DNA of 63,372 nucleotides, counting the filler, from Globobulimina sp. (Eukaryota), in NCBI GenBank assembly GCA_003354225.1. It is 24 parts of 24 records of this genome, joined end to end, with 100 filler letters (N's around TTAATTAATTAA, not from the genome) between each part and the next. Parts side by side here need not be neighbours in the genome. Positions count along the whole stretch, not along the records: positions 1 to 2,546 come from PIVH01006066.1; positions 2,647 to 5,192 come from PIVH01006067.1; positions 5,293 to 7,838 come from PIVH01006068.1; positions 7,939 to 10,484 come from PIVH01006069.1; positions 10,585 to 13,130 come from PIVH01006070.1; 19 more parts are not named here. The stretch is one strand, 5' to 3'. The notes below the pieces were generated by a model. The model was not told the DNA's origin. It did not search any database and saw only the letters and a program-made list of their open reading frames with translations. This document shows, in pieces, positions 1-11,082 of this stretch; the first letter of the stretch is position 1, and every line of letters begins with the position of its first letter. A program made the translations under genes and the position numbers.

Positions 1-1
1 A

Positions 2-1264
2 AAACATTATGAAATCGCATTGCAGCATTATCCATCTGTCCCGCTATGGAACAATGAATATATTTTCAGCTTATTACAGTCCAAACAATATCCTAAAGCA
101 TACACTCATTCCTTGCAATATCGAAAAGGTAGCAGGGCCACAGGCAAATTAGCAAATCATTTTTATAAGAAAGATAACATAGAATGCGCGCATAGATTGC
201 TATCACTATTCAACTGGAATGAGTTGACAGTAAATGATTTATTCTGGGAATCGGCTTACTGTGCCAGCAAAATGGGCGATAAACAGAAAGGATTAACATA
301 TTATAAGGCATACTATGAACAGCATAAAGCTAATAAAAATATGAGAAATAATGTGCTATCCTGTATTAGTAATATTGCTTTGATGTATATGCAGTTCGGA
401 AGTTATGATAAAGCGTTGGCACAGTTTTTTGCATTGGAAGAGGATATTATTGCTTTGAAGAACTTGTATGGACAGATTGGTTTTTGTTATCGCAAACTTG
501 GACAGTTTGAGAAAGCATTTATGTATTTGCAGAAACATATTGATAAGAATCCGAGTGATTACTGGGCATACAATCAATATTCTGGCTGTTATGATGATCA
601 GAAAGATTATAAAAATGGGTATAAGCTCGCTTTGAAAGCTGTTGAATTGGCAGATACAGATTGGGCGAAATCATTGACACTCACAAATATTGGAACAAAT
701 TCCTATTATCAGGGCAATGTAGAGGATGCTATAAAATATACAAAACAGGCACTGCGCGTCGAGAATATAGCAATGTTGGATACTGTTACGGAACGGAATA
801 ATTTGGGGAAATATTATTATAAAATTGGTGATTATAAAGAGAGTCATCAATATTTATCAGATGCGATAAAGATTAATAGTGATATTGCTGATACAATGGG
901 TAATTATGGAATTTGTTTATTTTATATTAATAAAATTGATGAGGCACTTATTTATTTGTTAAAATGCATTGACAGAATTGACAAAGTCGAAGATAAAGAA
1001 TTGCCAATGGATTGTTTCTATATTTATGCGAAAATATTATACGATAAAAATAAGTTTACTGAAAGTATTGATTATTGTTTAAAAGCAATAAATAATGAAC
1101 ATTTTGTTGCATACAATAGATGCAAGGATGAAGTTTATCATTTGTTGAGTAAAAATTATAAACAAATATTGGAATATGATAAATGTATGCAATATTTATT
1201 AAAAGCAAAGCAATTTAATCCCAATAAAGACATTTATCAAAAAGAAATTGACAGCTTAAAATAA
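2..1264 (+). CDS. Tetratricopeptide repeat (TPR) protein, 5'-truncated
   Basis: Frame open from the contig edge. Repeated ~34-aa TPR-like units (LYGQIGFCYRKLGQFEKAFMYLQK; NNLGKYYYKIGDYKESHQYLSDAIK). Confidence 0.85.
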   Translation, partial: KHYEIALQHYPSVPLWNNEYIFSLLQSKQYPKAYTHSLQYRKGSRATGKLANHFYKKDNIECAHRLLSLFNWNELTVNDLFWESAYCASKMGDKQKGLTYYKAYYEQHKANKNMRNNVLSCISNIALMYMQFGSYDKALAQFFALEEDIIALKNLYGQIGFCYRKLGQFEKAFMYLQKHIDKNPSDYWAYNQYSGCYDDQKDYKNGYKLALKAVELADTDWAKSLTLTNIGTNSYYQGNVEDAIKYTKQALRVENIAMLDTVTERNNLGKYYYKIGDYKESHQYLSDAIKINSDIADTMGNYGICLFYINKIDEALIYLLKCIDRIDKVEDKELPMDCFYIYAKILYDKNKFTESIDYCLKAINNEHFVAYNRCKDEVYHLLSKNYKQILEYDKCMQYLLKAKQFNPNKDIYQKEIDSLK

Positions 1265-1316
1265 AATGAAAATGTTCTCTTCCAAGTAAGTTTTATTTAG
1301 TTCGGCGTTTAATTAA

Positions 1317-2546
1317 ATGGCAACAATGTTCAAATTCGTTGTTCGACATAAAGTAATATTCTTTGCCTGCACCGGTACCATTGGTATCACAGGATTTAAA
1401 GCATGGAGCAACAGATCAGTCAGCACAGTAAACACTTCTCCAAACTATATGCATTGGAAGAAAGAATCAGAGAAAGTCATACCAATCGAATGCATACCAA
1501 CTCGGAGAGAACAATTACTTGAATTACAAAGACATTGCAAAACATCCTCACAATATTACAAATACGACAGAGACACCATCCACACCGATATTGACCCAGT
1601 ATCAGAATATGACATCTTAATAATAGGTATTGCTCCATCTCCATAAACCAGACACATTAACATCAACACTAAAAAAAGGTGGCGGTGCTACCGGTGCCGG
1701 CCTCGCATTGGACGCAATAACCCGCGGTTTATCCGTAGGTTTGATCGAATGCAATGATTTCTCGTCGGGGACCTCCTCCCGTTCAACCAAACTGATCCAT
1801 GGCGGCGTGCGCTATCTAGAAAAGGCCATCACACATTTTGACCTCAAAAGTTGGAACTTGGTCAAAGAAGCAATCTTAGAACGGAGACATTTGATCAATT
1901 TGTCACCACATTTATCCTGGGCTATGCCTATAATCATCCCCGTCTATGACGAGTATGTCATCCGTGGCTGGTACCATCTCATCAAACATTTCATCGGTTT
2001 GAAGATCTACGAAGCCATGGCTGGCAAAGATGGCTTATTAGCTCCTACATATTACCTCTCCTCACCGCACGCAAAGAACATATTTCCACACTTAAAGCAG
2101 CAAAATATGACCGGATCCATCGTGTATTATGACGGCATACATAACGATTCTCGGATGTGCGTGAACATCGTCATGACAGCAGCCTATTATGGTGCAAATG
2201 CGTGCAACTATGTACAAGTCGTGGATTTCATTAAAGAGCACACTGACGACAATCTGTACGCAGATGAGAAGATCATCGGTGTGCGTTTGCGGGACAACCT
2301 GACTGGGCAGGAATGGAATTCATTTGCCAAAGTGATCATAAATGCGACAGGCTGCCAAGTGGATAAGTTGCGTACATTGGACAGTGGAGCTCAGACAAGA
2401 AACTTAATAGTCCCTTCCCGTGGGACGCATGTGATGTTACCCGGCACCTTTTCCTCCAAAACGTACGGTATGTTGATCCCACAGACCAAGGACGAGCGAG
2501 TGGCGTTTTTATTGCCTTTTGAAGGAGTGACCCTCGCAGGCACCAC
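1317..2546 (+). CDS. GPD2: Mitochondrial FAD-dependent glycerol-3-phosphate dehydrogenase, 3'-truncated; intron 1627-1678
   Basis: Splicing a 52-nt GT-AG intron restores YDILIIGGGATGAG. Also has DFSSGTSSRSTKLIHGGVRYLE and YYDGIHNDSR motifs and a presequence-like N-terminus. Confidence 0.95.
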
Positions 2547-2646
2547 NNNNNNNNNNNNNNNNNNNNNNNNNNNNNNNNNNNNNNNNNNNNTTAATTAATT
2601 AANNNNNNNNNNNNNNNNNNNNNNNNNNNNNNNNNNNNNNNNNNNN
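2547..2646. other. Artificial contig spacer N44-TTAATTAATTAA-N44 (first of 23)
   Basis: The identical 100-bp spacer, with stops in all six frames, starts at 2547, 5193, 7839, 10485, 13131, 15776, 18421, 21066, 23711, 26356, 29001, 31646, 34291, 36935, 39579, 42223, 44867, 47511, 50155, 52799, 55443, 58087 and 60730. Intervening contigs fall from 2546 to 2543 bp. Confidence 0.99.
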
Positions 2647-2802
2647 TTGAAACTGGTTTTTCATTCAATTTCAAACTAAAATCAGAAGTTGTTTTCATAA
2701 TGATTTGTAAAAATAGCAATCATTTTATTTTGAGAACGTGAAAAACTTTTAAGTACACTGCACACAGTGAACATGGCAACATTCTTTTTTTTTGTGTATA
2801 AG

Positions 2803-3308
2803 GTGTTCAATTTAAGCATCAATGCAAACATTGTCGAGGCAATGGCGTCCATCAAGAACATACATCCATTGATATTGATATAGAGAAAGGAATGAAGGAT
2901 GGCCAAGAAATTGTATTTCATGAAAAATCAGAGGAACGACCTGGACATATTACAGGCGATTTAATTGCAGTGATAAAACAGGAAAATCATAGATATTTTA
3001 ACAGAGAAGGCGATGATATGCGGACTGCGGTGGATTTGGACTTAAAGCAAGCATTGTTAGGATTTGATTTAAATATTGAACATTTGGATGGTGAGTTGGT
3101 TAATTTGGACCATTTGGATGAAACTACGCAACATCTTCAGATTCGGCAGTACAAAGGAAAGGGAATGCCGGTTTATAAGAGGCCGCGGCGATTTGGTGAT
3201 ATGTTTATTGAGTACAGAGTGGAGCTACCAAGTAAAATAAATGCAAATCAACGGACGGAATTAATTGATTTGTTTCCAGATTTATCTGTGAATGGTGAAT
3301 TTGTATGA
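2803..3308 (+). CDS. Type I DnaJ/Hsp40, last exon (zinc-finger end plus C-terminal domain)
   Basis: After the acceptor TATAAG at 2802 the frame reads QCKHCRGNG...IEKGMKDGQEIVF...GDL...LKQALLGF...GKGMP...FGDMFIEY. Confidence 0.85.
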
Positions 3309-3546
3309 CTAATGACTTTGGGACATGAATATTTTAGTGATTTGGTTTTAATTTATCTTGTCGAGGTGGCTTGCATCTAAAAACGTTTCCATTCTGACCC
3401 GTTTCATTTTCACGAGCATTTGGTGAATCATTTGGATGTTGATTATGGAATGAAGCATGAATATTGGCATTATTATTATCCATAAACAATATCAATTGCA
3501 AACAGATTACAAAATGAATCTCAACTAGACCTTCTTCTTCTTCTTC

Positions 3547-5192
3547 TTGATCTTCCAAGGAAGCAATATTAACCAAATGAATAATCAATTAGGTATGCGA
3601 TTTAGTAATCAAATACCAAGCAATCAAAGAGGAAATGTACAACAAAATGTTAATAATGCACAACAAAAAAGATCTTGGTCAGCAAATCCATATGGTGACC
3701 ATGTAAAATATGTTATAAATAAAAGAAAAAATCAAAGATATGCACTGTTATTATTATTGCTAAATCTATTAATTGTTATTGCAATACACTTAATTGGTAA
3801 ACAGACAGTAAATAATTATGAATATATACAATGGAAAAATATTAAAGAAAAGGAGAACAATAACTTCTTAAAATTTAATTATAACCAAAGAAATAACAGA
3901 CATCAGCTCAATTATAAAGAATTGGCAAGAATTAGAAATAACATCAACAACAACAACAGAGCCGTAACGGTCTATGAAAGCAACCATCCAATTAACAAAA
4001 AAGGAACTGTCACCAGAAGAGGTAAATCGATGTTTGCTGACCATTACCCTTATAATACTGGATTAGTACCAACGGATTATTTTGAATATAAAACAGAGTA
4101 TGTTGCTGAACCAAATAAATTAAAATCAATGCAACCGAAAAATGAAATAAGTACGCAAATAATTAGAATAATATCATTAAATGTACAATCAATTAAAGCC
4201 CCGAATACAAGAAAGAAAAAAGCAAAATTAATATGTAACCAGTGCAGGAATGAAATGAGCGATGGCAAACAAATTGATATTATTCATTTAACTGAAACAT
4301 GGATTGATAAAAAAAATGATTTGAATAACTTATTCGATGAATTAAATCTGAGATTGTTTGAGTGGATTCCAGCAATTACAAAAATCACTCAGTCCGCAGC
4401 TGGATCCGCAGTATTTATAAATAATGATATATATCATGAATATAGTACATTAAGTAAAACAAGTACATACATAGATATATATAACAGATTTTTAAATCAA
4501 CGGCATATATTTGCATACGTATATAATCCAATTGATATATATATCGATGATATAAATGCAAATATACAAAAAATATATCAAATTCTGCAAAATGAAGACA
4601 ATGTCGCAATTTATGGTGATCTAAATGTCAATGAAAAAAACAATAATCTTAATTTTAGATTATTTGAAGCATTAAAACAAGAATTCCAATTAATTGATTT
4701 AAATAAACATAAACATGCCACATATCACAAGAGACAACGAAAAGATAAAAATGGCTTCAGTCGAGGAAGAAGTGCGCCTGACGTTGCCTTAATAAATCAA
4801 AATAATAAACAATTAATTAAATCAAATTGGAAAGTCGGTATTGGATATGTTAACTCTGACCATTATTATATGGTAATTGATCATCTATTTATGTATGAAA
4901 ATAAGAATGAAAGACAGAAAAATGAAAATATGCAAATAATTGAATCAAACTGGAAAATGAAATTTGTAAAAACAGACCAGGAAATTGCAGAAATAATTAA
5001 TAATATCACCGAACAATATAAAATTGGTAATGCATTGATTAATATATATGAACAAACTAAATCCATTGAAGCCGTGTATGATACGCGTAATTTCATTATA
5101 AATGATATATTATTATATTATGAATGCGTAGAAATAAAGTATATAAAAAGAAGGAAAGGGCAGAAATTAAATGAGGATATCCAATCTAAACA
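3547..5192 (+). mobile_element. Non-LTR retrotransposon-like ORF with APE/EEP endonuclease domain (RT domain would lie beyond the contig end)
   Basis: EEP motifs in the correct order: IISLNVQS, IIHLTETW, AYVYNP, IYGDLN, ATY, PDVALI, NSDH. Intronless, A-rich, and the ORF runs off the contig. Confidence 0.75.
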
Positions 5193-5386
5193 NNNNNNNN
5201 NNNNNNNNNNNNNNNNNNNNNNNNNNNNNNNNNNNNTTAATTAATTAANNNNNNNNNNNNNNNNNNNNNNNNNNNNNNNNNNNNNNNNNNNNCATCGCTA
5301 CCAAACGTTGGTTTGTTCAACATTCTAACTTAAAAATAAAAACTTACTATAAAAAAACCCCAATTATCAATAATACTCAAGCCATC

Positions 5387-7838
5387 ATGGCTTCAGACAA
5401 ACCGGGAAAATTGAAATTCAACCCAGCAATGTTCAATCCAGCTGCAATGAAACCTGGTGGCAAAAGCAAAAAATTAGAAGAACTAAAGCGAAAACGCGCA
5501 AATGCACCGACTCAACGTATGTCTCATATACCATCATACTCCCAACCGACACAACTTTGAAATAACAACAACAAAATAACAAAACAAAAACATATCCATA
5601 CATTTTTATAAAAAACAAAGCACTGAAAACCACAGAGGACCAATTTACCCGTCCAACTATCCCACGAAGACGAGGCAAATCCAAAGCAAAACTAAATCTC
5701 CCCGATGACCACCAAGACGAGTTTTATAACCAATCCTTTGTAAATAACAACCCCATCATCGAAGAAAAACAAGAGAGCAAAACCGATCCTATCCAACAGT
5801 ACGAAACTAAAATCGACAAAGATAAATTAGATAAATTAGACTCTGCCATAAAGGACAGAAAAACACCAGAAAACGTAGGCTATATTGATCCCACCAAAAT
5901 ATCCCCAGCCATTCAAGACATAGCCAAGAAATTAGAACACCAACAAAAAGCAGACAATATAAACCAACGCATGGCTGCCCGACAGGATATTGACGAGATG
6001 TTAGACTCTGGCCTCTTACCCGCAGATCCTCGCAAAGTGCACGGCTCTTTGCATGAAACGCAATCCACACTCTCTCACGAATTGGAAGATAGAGCGAGTA
6101 AACAGTTCCTACAACACACTAAAATATTAAAATATGATATAGTATGTCCCTGTGCTATGTGTTAATTTATGTGCGATTTTGCGAATATACAATATGTAAA
6201 TATATAATTTTATACATCAGGACGCCTCCATACAACCTATGGCGGATGAATTAGAGCAGAAATTAGAGGCACGATCACCTCCCACACCATCAAACATAGC
6301 ACCTGCCTTAGCAGCGACCTCTAAACAATTAGATAAACAAATTAAATCTGACAAAGTAAACCAATCACAAAAGAACCGAATCAGTTTAAGTCGGTTACAA
6401 AAACAAGGCATCATCCCAACGAGTGACAATGTAGCACCTTCATTAGCGGCTACATCCAAACAATTGGATAAAGCGCTGAAAACCAATAAATTATCGCAAT
6501 CATTGTATGATAAGGATAGGAAAACACATAAAGAGTTAAGTGATAGCGGTGTGCTCAAATACAGCAATTTGAGGAATAATTTAGTTTCTGCGGCCGAGTC
6601 ATTAGAAAATCAAGTGATTGAAGACAAATTAAATAAAGGTATGCGGAATAGACCCGATGTTGACGAATTAGCCGATAGGAATATACTGACAACGGGCGTC
6701 GATCCATCATTACACGCCACACAAAATTCGCTTAAATTGCAGCAACAAAAGGATAAGTTACATAAGAATTTACGGGATAGGCCAGATATCGATGAGTTGG
6801 TGGATAAGAACATAATTACAACGGGAGTTGATCCCACCTTAATTGCCACACAAAATGCACTCAAACTACAACAACAAAAAGATAAATTACAAAAGAATTT
6901 AAGGAACCAACCGGATATTGAGGAGTTAGAAGAAAAGAATTTAATTACAAGCGGTGTGGATCCGGCCCTGCAATCTGCGCAAAAAGCACTTGAATTGCAA
7001 CAGAAAAAGGATAGCTTACAGCAGAACTTGCGGAGTCGGGAAGATATTGATGAATTAGCGGAGAGGAATATCATTACAACCGGTGTCGATCCATCATTAC
7101 ATGCCACGCAAAAAGAACTTAAATTGCAGCAACAGAAAGATAAACTGCATAAAGGTGTGCGTAATAGACCAGATATTGACGAGTTAGAAGAAAAGAATTT
7201 AATTACAAGCGGTGTGGATCCGGCCCTACAATCTGCGCAAAAAGCACTTGAATTGCAACAGAAAAAGGACAGTTTACAGCAGAACTTGCGGAGTCGGGAA
7301 GACATCGACGAATTGGCAGAAAGGAATATCATTACAACGGGAGTCGATCCATCATTACAGGCCACGCAAAAAGAACTTAAATTGCAACAACAAAAAGATA
7401 AATTGCATAAAGGTATACGTAAACGACCAGATATTGACGAGTTAGAAGAAAAGAATTTAATTACAACTGGTGTGGATCCATTATTGCAATCTGCGCAAAA
7501 AGCGCTTGAATTGCAGCAAAAAAAGGATAGTTTACATCGGGGCTTACGGAGTAGAGAAGATATTGATGAATTAGCCGATAGGAATATACTAACAACGGGC
7601 GTCGATCCATCATTACATGCGACGCAAAAAGAACTTAAATTGCAACAACAGAAAGACAAATTGCATAAAGGTATACGTAAGCGACCAGATATTGACGAGT
7701 TAGAAGAAAAGAATTTAATTACAACTGGTGTGGATCCATTATTACAATCTGCGCAAAAAGCGCTTGAATTGCAGCAAAAAAAGGATAGTTTACATCAAAA
7801 CTTACGTAGTCGGGAAGACATTGATGACTTAGCGGAGA
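5387..7838 (+). CDS. RPEL-repeat (G-actin-binding motif) array protein, 3'-truncated; introns 5517-5620 and 6142-6220
   Basis: Ten consecutive 43-aa units (last partial) of the form L..R(P/E)DIDEL..(R/K)N(I/L)I, plus degenerate upstream copies. The two GT-AG introns join the frames into one CDS starting MASDKPGK. Confidence 0.85.
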
Positions 7839-7938
7839 NNNNNNNNNNNNNNNNNNNNNNNNNNNNNNNNNNNNNNNNNNNNTTAATTAATTAANNNNNN
7901 NNNNNNNNNNNNNNNNNNNNNNNNNNNNNNNNNNNNNN

Positions 7939-9737
7939 CCTTATACGGCGACGTAGGAGTCTTCACCCTCATCCCCATAGGGCGCGGCGGCAAATTAGGC
8001 CGAGGACTGCCGACGGGCGAGCCACTCGGCGACGGCGACGGCAGCGGCCGGGCCCGCACCGGCAACGGCGGCTTGATCTGACTCGGCCCTTTTCGCGGCG
8101 GCTTGGCCGGCGGCTTCCCATACGGTTTCGGCGGCGGTTTGCCGGGCGGCGCCGCCACACTGCCCAACGACGGCGTGCTCGCCGTATACTCCACACTGTT
8201 CTGACTATGTTCGTGGCTGTGGCTGTCGCTCTCGTACGTATTCAGACGCGGCAGCCCCACGCCGCCATTGTGCGTCTGCGCGCGATGCGTCCTCGAAAAC
8301 AACTTGGACGCCGTATTGGTGTTGGCCGACGAGAACAGCTTCGCATTCTGAGCGTGCATTTGCATCCCAAAGGGCGCGTCGTGTGGGCCAATGATGCTGG
8401 TCATGCTCTGCGACACGGACACGGATTGCGAGAAATTCCTGTCGTGTGCCAAGGAGGAGATGCTGTCCGCGCGCGAATAGTTTGACTTAATATGGCGCGA
8501 AGTGGACGGCTTGAGGCCCTCCGTAAACGGGTTGTAGACCGGGATCAATATACTTGGATCGATGCGTTGCTCCGTGATCTTGCCGGTCAGGTTCTGAATG
8601 TCGTCGGGCATGCACGGCAACTCATACTGCTGCGGCTGGATCGCGTTGTAATTGCCGCTGTCCACTCGGATGGGATGGATGCCGTACTCTGCGATCTCGA
8701 ACGGCGACATGAGCATATTACGGGCACGCTGCAGAGTGTTGGAGCCGTTCTCCAGTTCGCATTTGCGCCATTTCAGGAGCTCGTGGTATTTGTCAAAGTA
8801 CTCGGTGTAGAAGGCGATGCGCGAATACTCCATGGCTTCCAACTGCAGGCACGCTTTGCAGATGATTTCGTTCCAGAACTCGTCCGAGACGTTGTTGAAG
8901 CGGTCCACCTGCTCCACCACGCTCTCGAACTGCTTGCGCACCTTCGACTGGATGGACTTGACCTTGTTGGCCAACTTCTTGGTCTTGCTGCTGTCCGGCG
9001 CGTTGCTGCGCTGTTTGCGCAGAGTGTGCTTGAGGTCGCACAGGTCGTTCCAGTACGAGATGGTGGCCACTTTGGTCTCGCGCAACTTGGTCGCGTGTTT
9101 GATTAACTTGTCGTATTTGTCGGACACGTATTCCTGAATGGCCTCCAGTTTGCTGATGCAGGTCTTGCGGTATTCGTAGAGCGGTTCGTAGATTTCGCTG
9201 TTGAGCCGGTTCCAGTACATGACCAATAATTTGCCCATGTTGCGCTCGAAGGAGAAGACGTCGCTGAACGCGTCGAGGTCGGTTTTCTTGTGCAACTCGG
9301 AGACGTCGCTCGAGCTCGTTTTCTCCTCGCTGTGGTTATGCGATTTTGCGAGGGGTTGTATGTTATATGTGGAGAGTTGGTGGGTTTGTACGTATATACC
9401 TGAAATGAGGCGAGGTGACTGAGGTTTCGTCGGCTAATTTGACGAAAGAAGCGGTGGTTAGGGTTGGTTCTTCGTCTTTGTATTGTTCGAGAATGCGGAT
9501 GCAAGAGTTGGAGGAGAGTTGTTGGGCATCGATGATTTGTTTTAGAAATTTGGTGAATAGTTTTAAATGACTTACTCCGTTGGCGACTATATCGACTAAT
9601 TCGTTGTATCGATGACGGACTGAGGGATATAAAGCAGTGATTGAGGCGTCAAAGAATGCCGACACAAAATCTACGTCTTTTGAACTTTTGCAGATTTTAA
9701 TTACATTTCTGAGTTTGGGATTGGGCGGTAGTTGCAT
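7939..9737 (-). CDS. F-BAR/FCH-like coiled-coil protein with proline-rich C-terminal region, 3'-truncated; intron 9330-9399
   Basis: FCH-like N-terminus (RYNELVDIVANGVSHLKLFTKFLKQ), helical body ending LQLEAMEYSRIAF, then a PPGKPPPKP tail. A 70-nt GT-AG intron joins two ORFs. Confidence 0.65.
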
Positions 9738-10603
9738 TGTGTGTAGGTTTTGCTGACGGTCAAGGTCTTCGCTTGAGTCTGCTTGAAAGATTTTCGGCAG
9801 TTTTTTCAAATAAAGTACTTTCGGATGTGTTCAAATACATCTGTTTACAAGGAAAGTTTGATTGAGCAGTTGATTACATTTAACACTGGAACCAGAGAAG
9901 CAATTATCAATACAATCGACAATGCTGTTGAGCCAAATGATAGAAACGAAATAACAAATAATTACAGACAAGAAAAATATGAATCAAAAACCGTTGATGA
10001 AGTTGAAAAGGAAAGGTAATTTTTGGATATATATATATCGTGGCATCAGAATTTTGAAATTGATTAGCTCCTTTTTTCAGCGTCAGATAATATTTAAACT
10101 AAAAACGTTCTGACTTTTTACATTAACATTATATGAAAAATAACGCATATTATATGTAATATTTCACAATTCTGGAGCCAAAATATATTCATATGTAAGT
10201 TTATTATCAAAGTTCGAGAAAAGGAAGAAAGATACATACGACAGTAAGACAGAAATTATGTTTAACAAACACCAAACAGCAGTGATTAACTCAACGTCAT
10301 CTTTAACATTGAAAGAATTAAAAGAGTGCGCCAAACAAAAATCTCTCATAATCCATTCTTTGGCATTATTGGCTTTCAAATCGCATCTAAGCACTCACAA
10401 TACGGACAATGATAATGAGGATAATACAGAATTGCCACTCGATTGTAATGGCTATATCATGTCAAATTACATTGGAAATCAGTTNNNNNNNNNNNNNNNN
10501 NNNNNNNNNNNNNNNNNNNNNNNNNNNNTTAATTAATTAANNNNNNNNNNNNNNNNNNNNNNNNNNNNNNNNNNNNNNNNNNNNAGGGGTGCTCGGGCAC
10601 CGT

Positions 10604-10678
10604 GTCCCCATCGTCTAGCCAGGTCCAGGACACTAGGCTTTCGACCTAGCGACACTGGTTCGAATCCCGTTGGGGATA
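10604..10678 (+). tRNA. trnE: Bacterial-type tRNA-Glu (anticodon TTC)
   Basis: Acceptor stem GTCCCCA/TGGGGAT, D-arm TCGTCTAGCCAGGTCCAGGAC, anticodon arm CTAGG-CTTTCGA-CCTAG, T-loop GGTTCGAATCC (one T-stem mismatch). CCA is not encoded (CCG). Confidence 0.9.
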
Positions 10679-10684
10679 CCGCTG

Positions 10685-10728
10685 AAAAGCCTCCGTTGCA
10701 ATCATTTGCAGCGGAGGCTTTGTGTTTT
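10685..10728. terminator. Rho-independent, probably bidirectional, terminator
   Basis: AAAAGCCTCCGTTGCAA-loop-TTGCAGCGGAGGCTTTGTGTTTT, lying between the tRNA and a convergent CDS. Confidence 0.8.
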
Positions 10729-10814
10729 ACTGGAAGTCATCGAACTCGCAAGCAGGATGTGCCACGTGGCACGGATCGGATCGCGTCCACCCGGGTGGAC
10801 GCGCCGCTGGAAGA

Positions 10815-10961
10815 TCAGTAGAGCGATTTTGCGATGGAGAAACTGACGGGCTCGAGCGCGGTGACGTCGTCGCTGACTATGTAGGTGTAGCTCCCATAGA
10901 AGTCGTCGCTACAGAGATTGAAGTCGATATAGAGCTGGATCTCGATGAAGATAATCCGGCA
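10815..10961 (-). CDS. C-terminal fragment of a bacterial protein ending ...VTALEPVSFSIAKSLY*
   Basis: Manual translation (not in the ORF track): CRIIFIEIQLYIDFNLCSDDFYGSYTYIVSDDVTALEPVSFSIAKSLY-TGA. Third positions are C/G-rich, and the CDS converges on the terminator. Confidence 0.65.
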   Translation of the reverse strand, partial: CRIIFIEIQLYIDFNLCSDDFYGSYTYIVSDDVTALEPVSFSIAKSLY

Positions 10962-11082
10962 TAATTTTGCCTTTTTTTACAACGAAGTTTGTAAAAAATG
11001 CAAGAAGCTGAAAAGAAATATAAAGTACCAATATAAAAATAATAAGATGATGTGGTGTTTTTTTAATTTATTCGATGAGTGC

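Noticed and set aside
3660-4100. 2A-like ribosomal skipping peptide ahead of the LINE endonuclease
   Set aside because: No D(V/I)ExNPGP motif in the frame.
6610-7659. 349-aa Cys-rich antisense ORF
   Set aside because: Shadow of the RPEL repeat on the opposite strand; its periodicity mirrors the sense repeat.
7969-9504. Multiple overlapping ORFs on both strands
   Set aside because: Expected by-product of high GC3 in the F-BAR exon. None has recognisable motifs.
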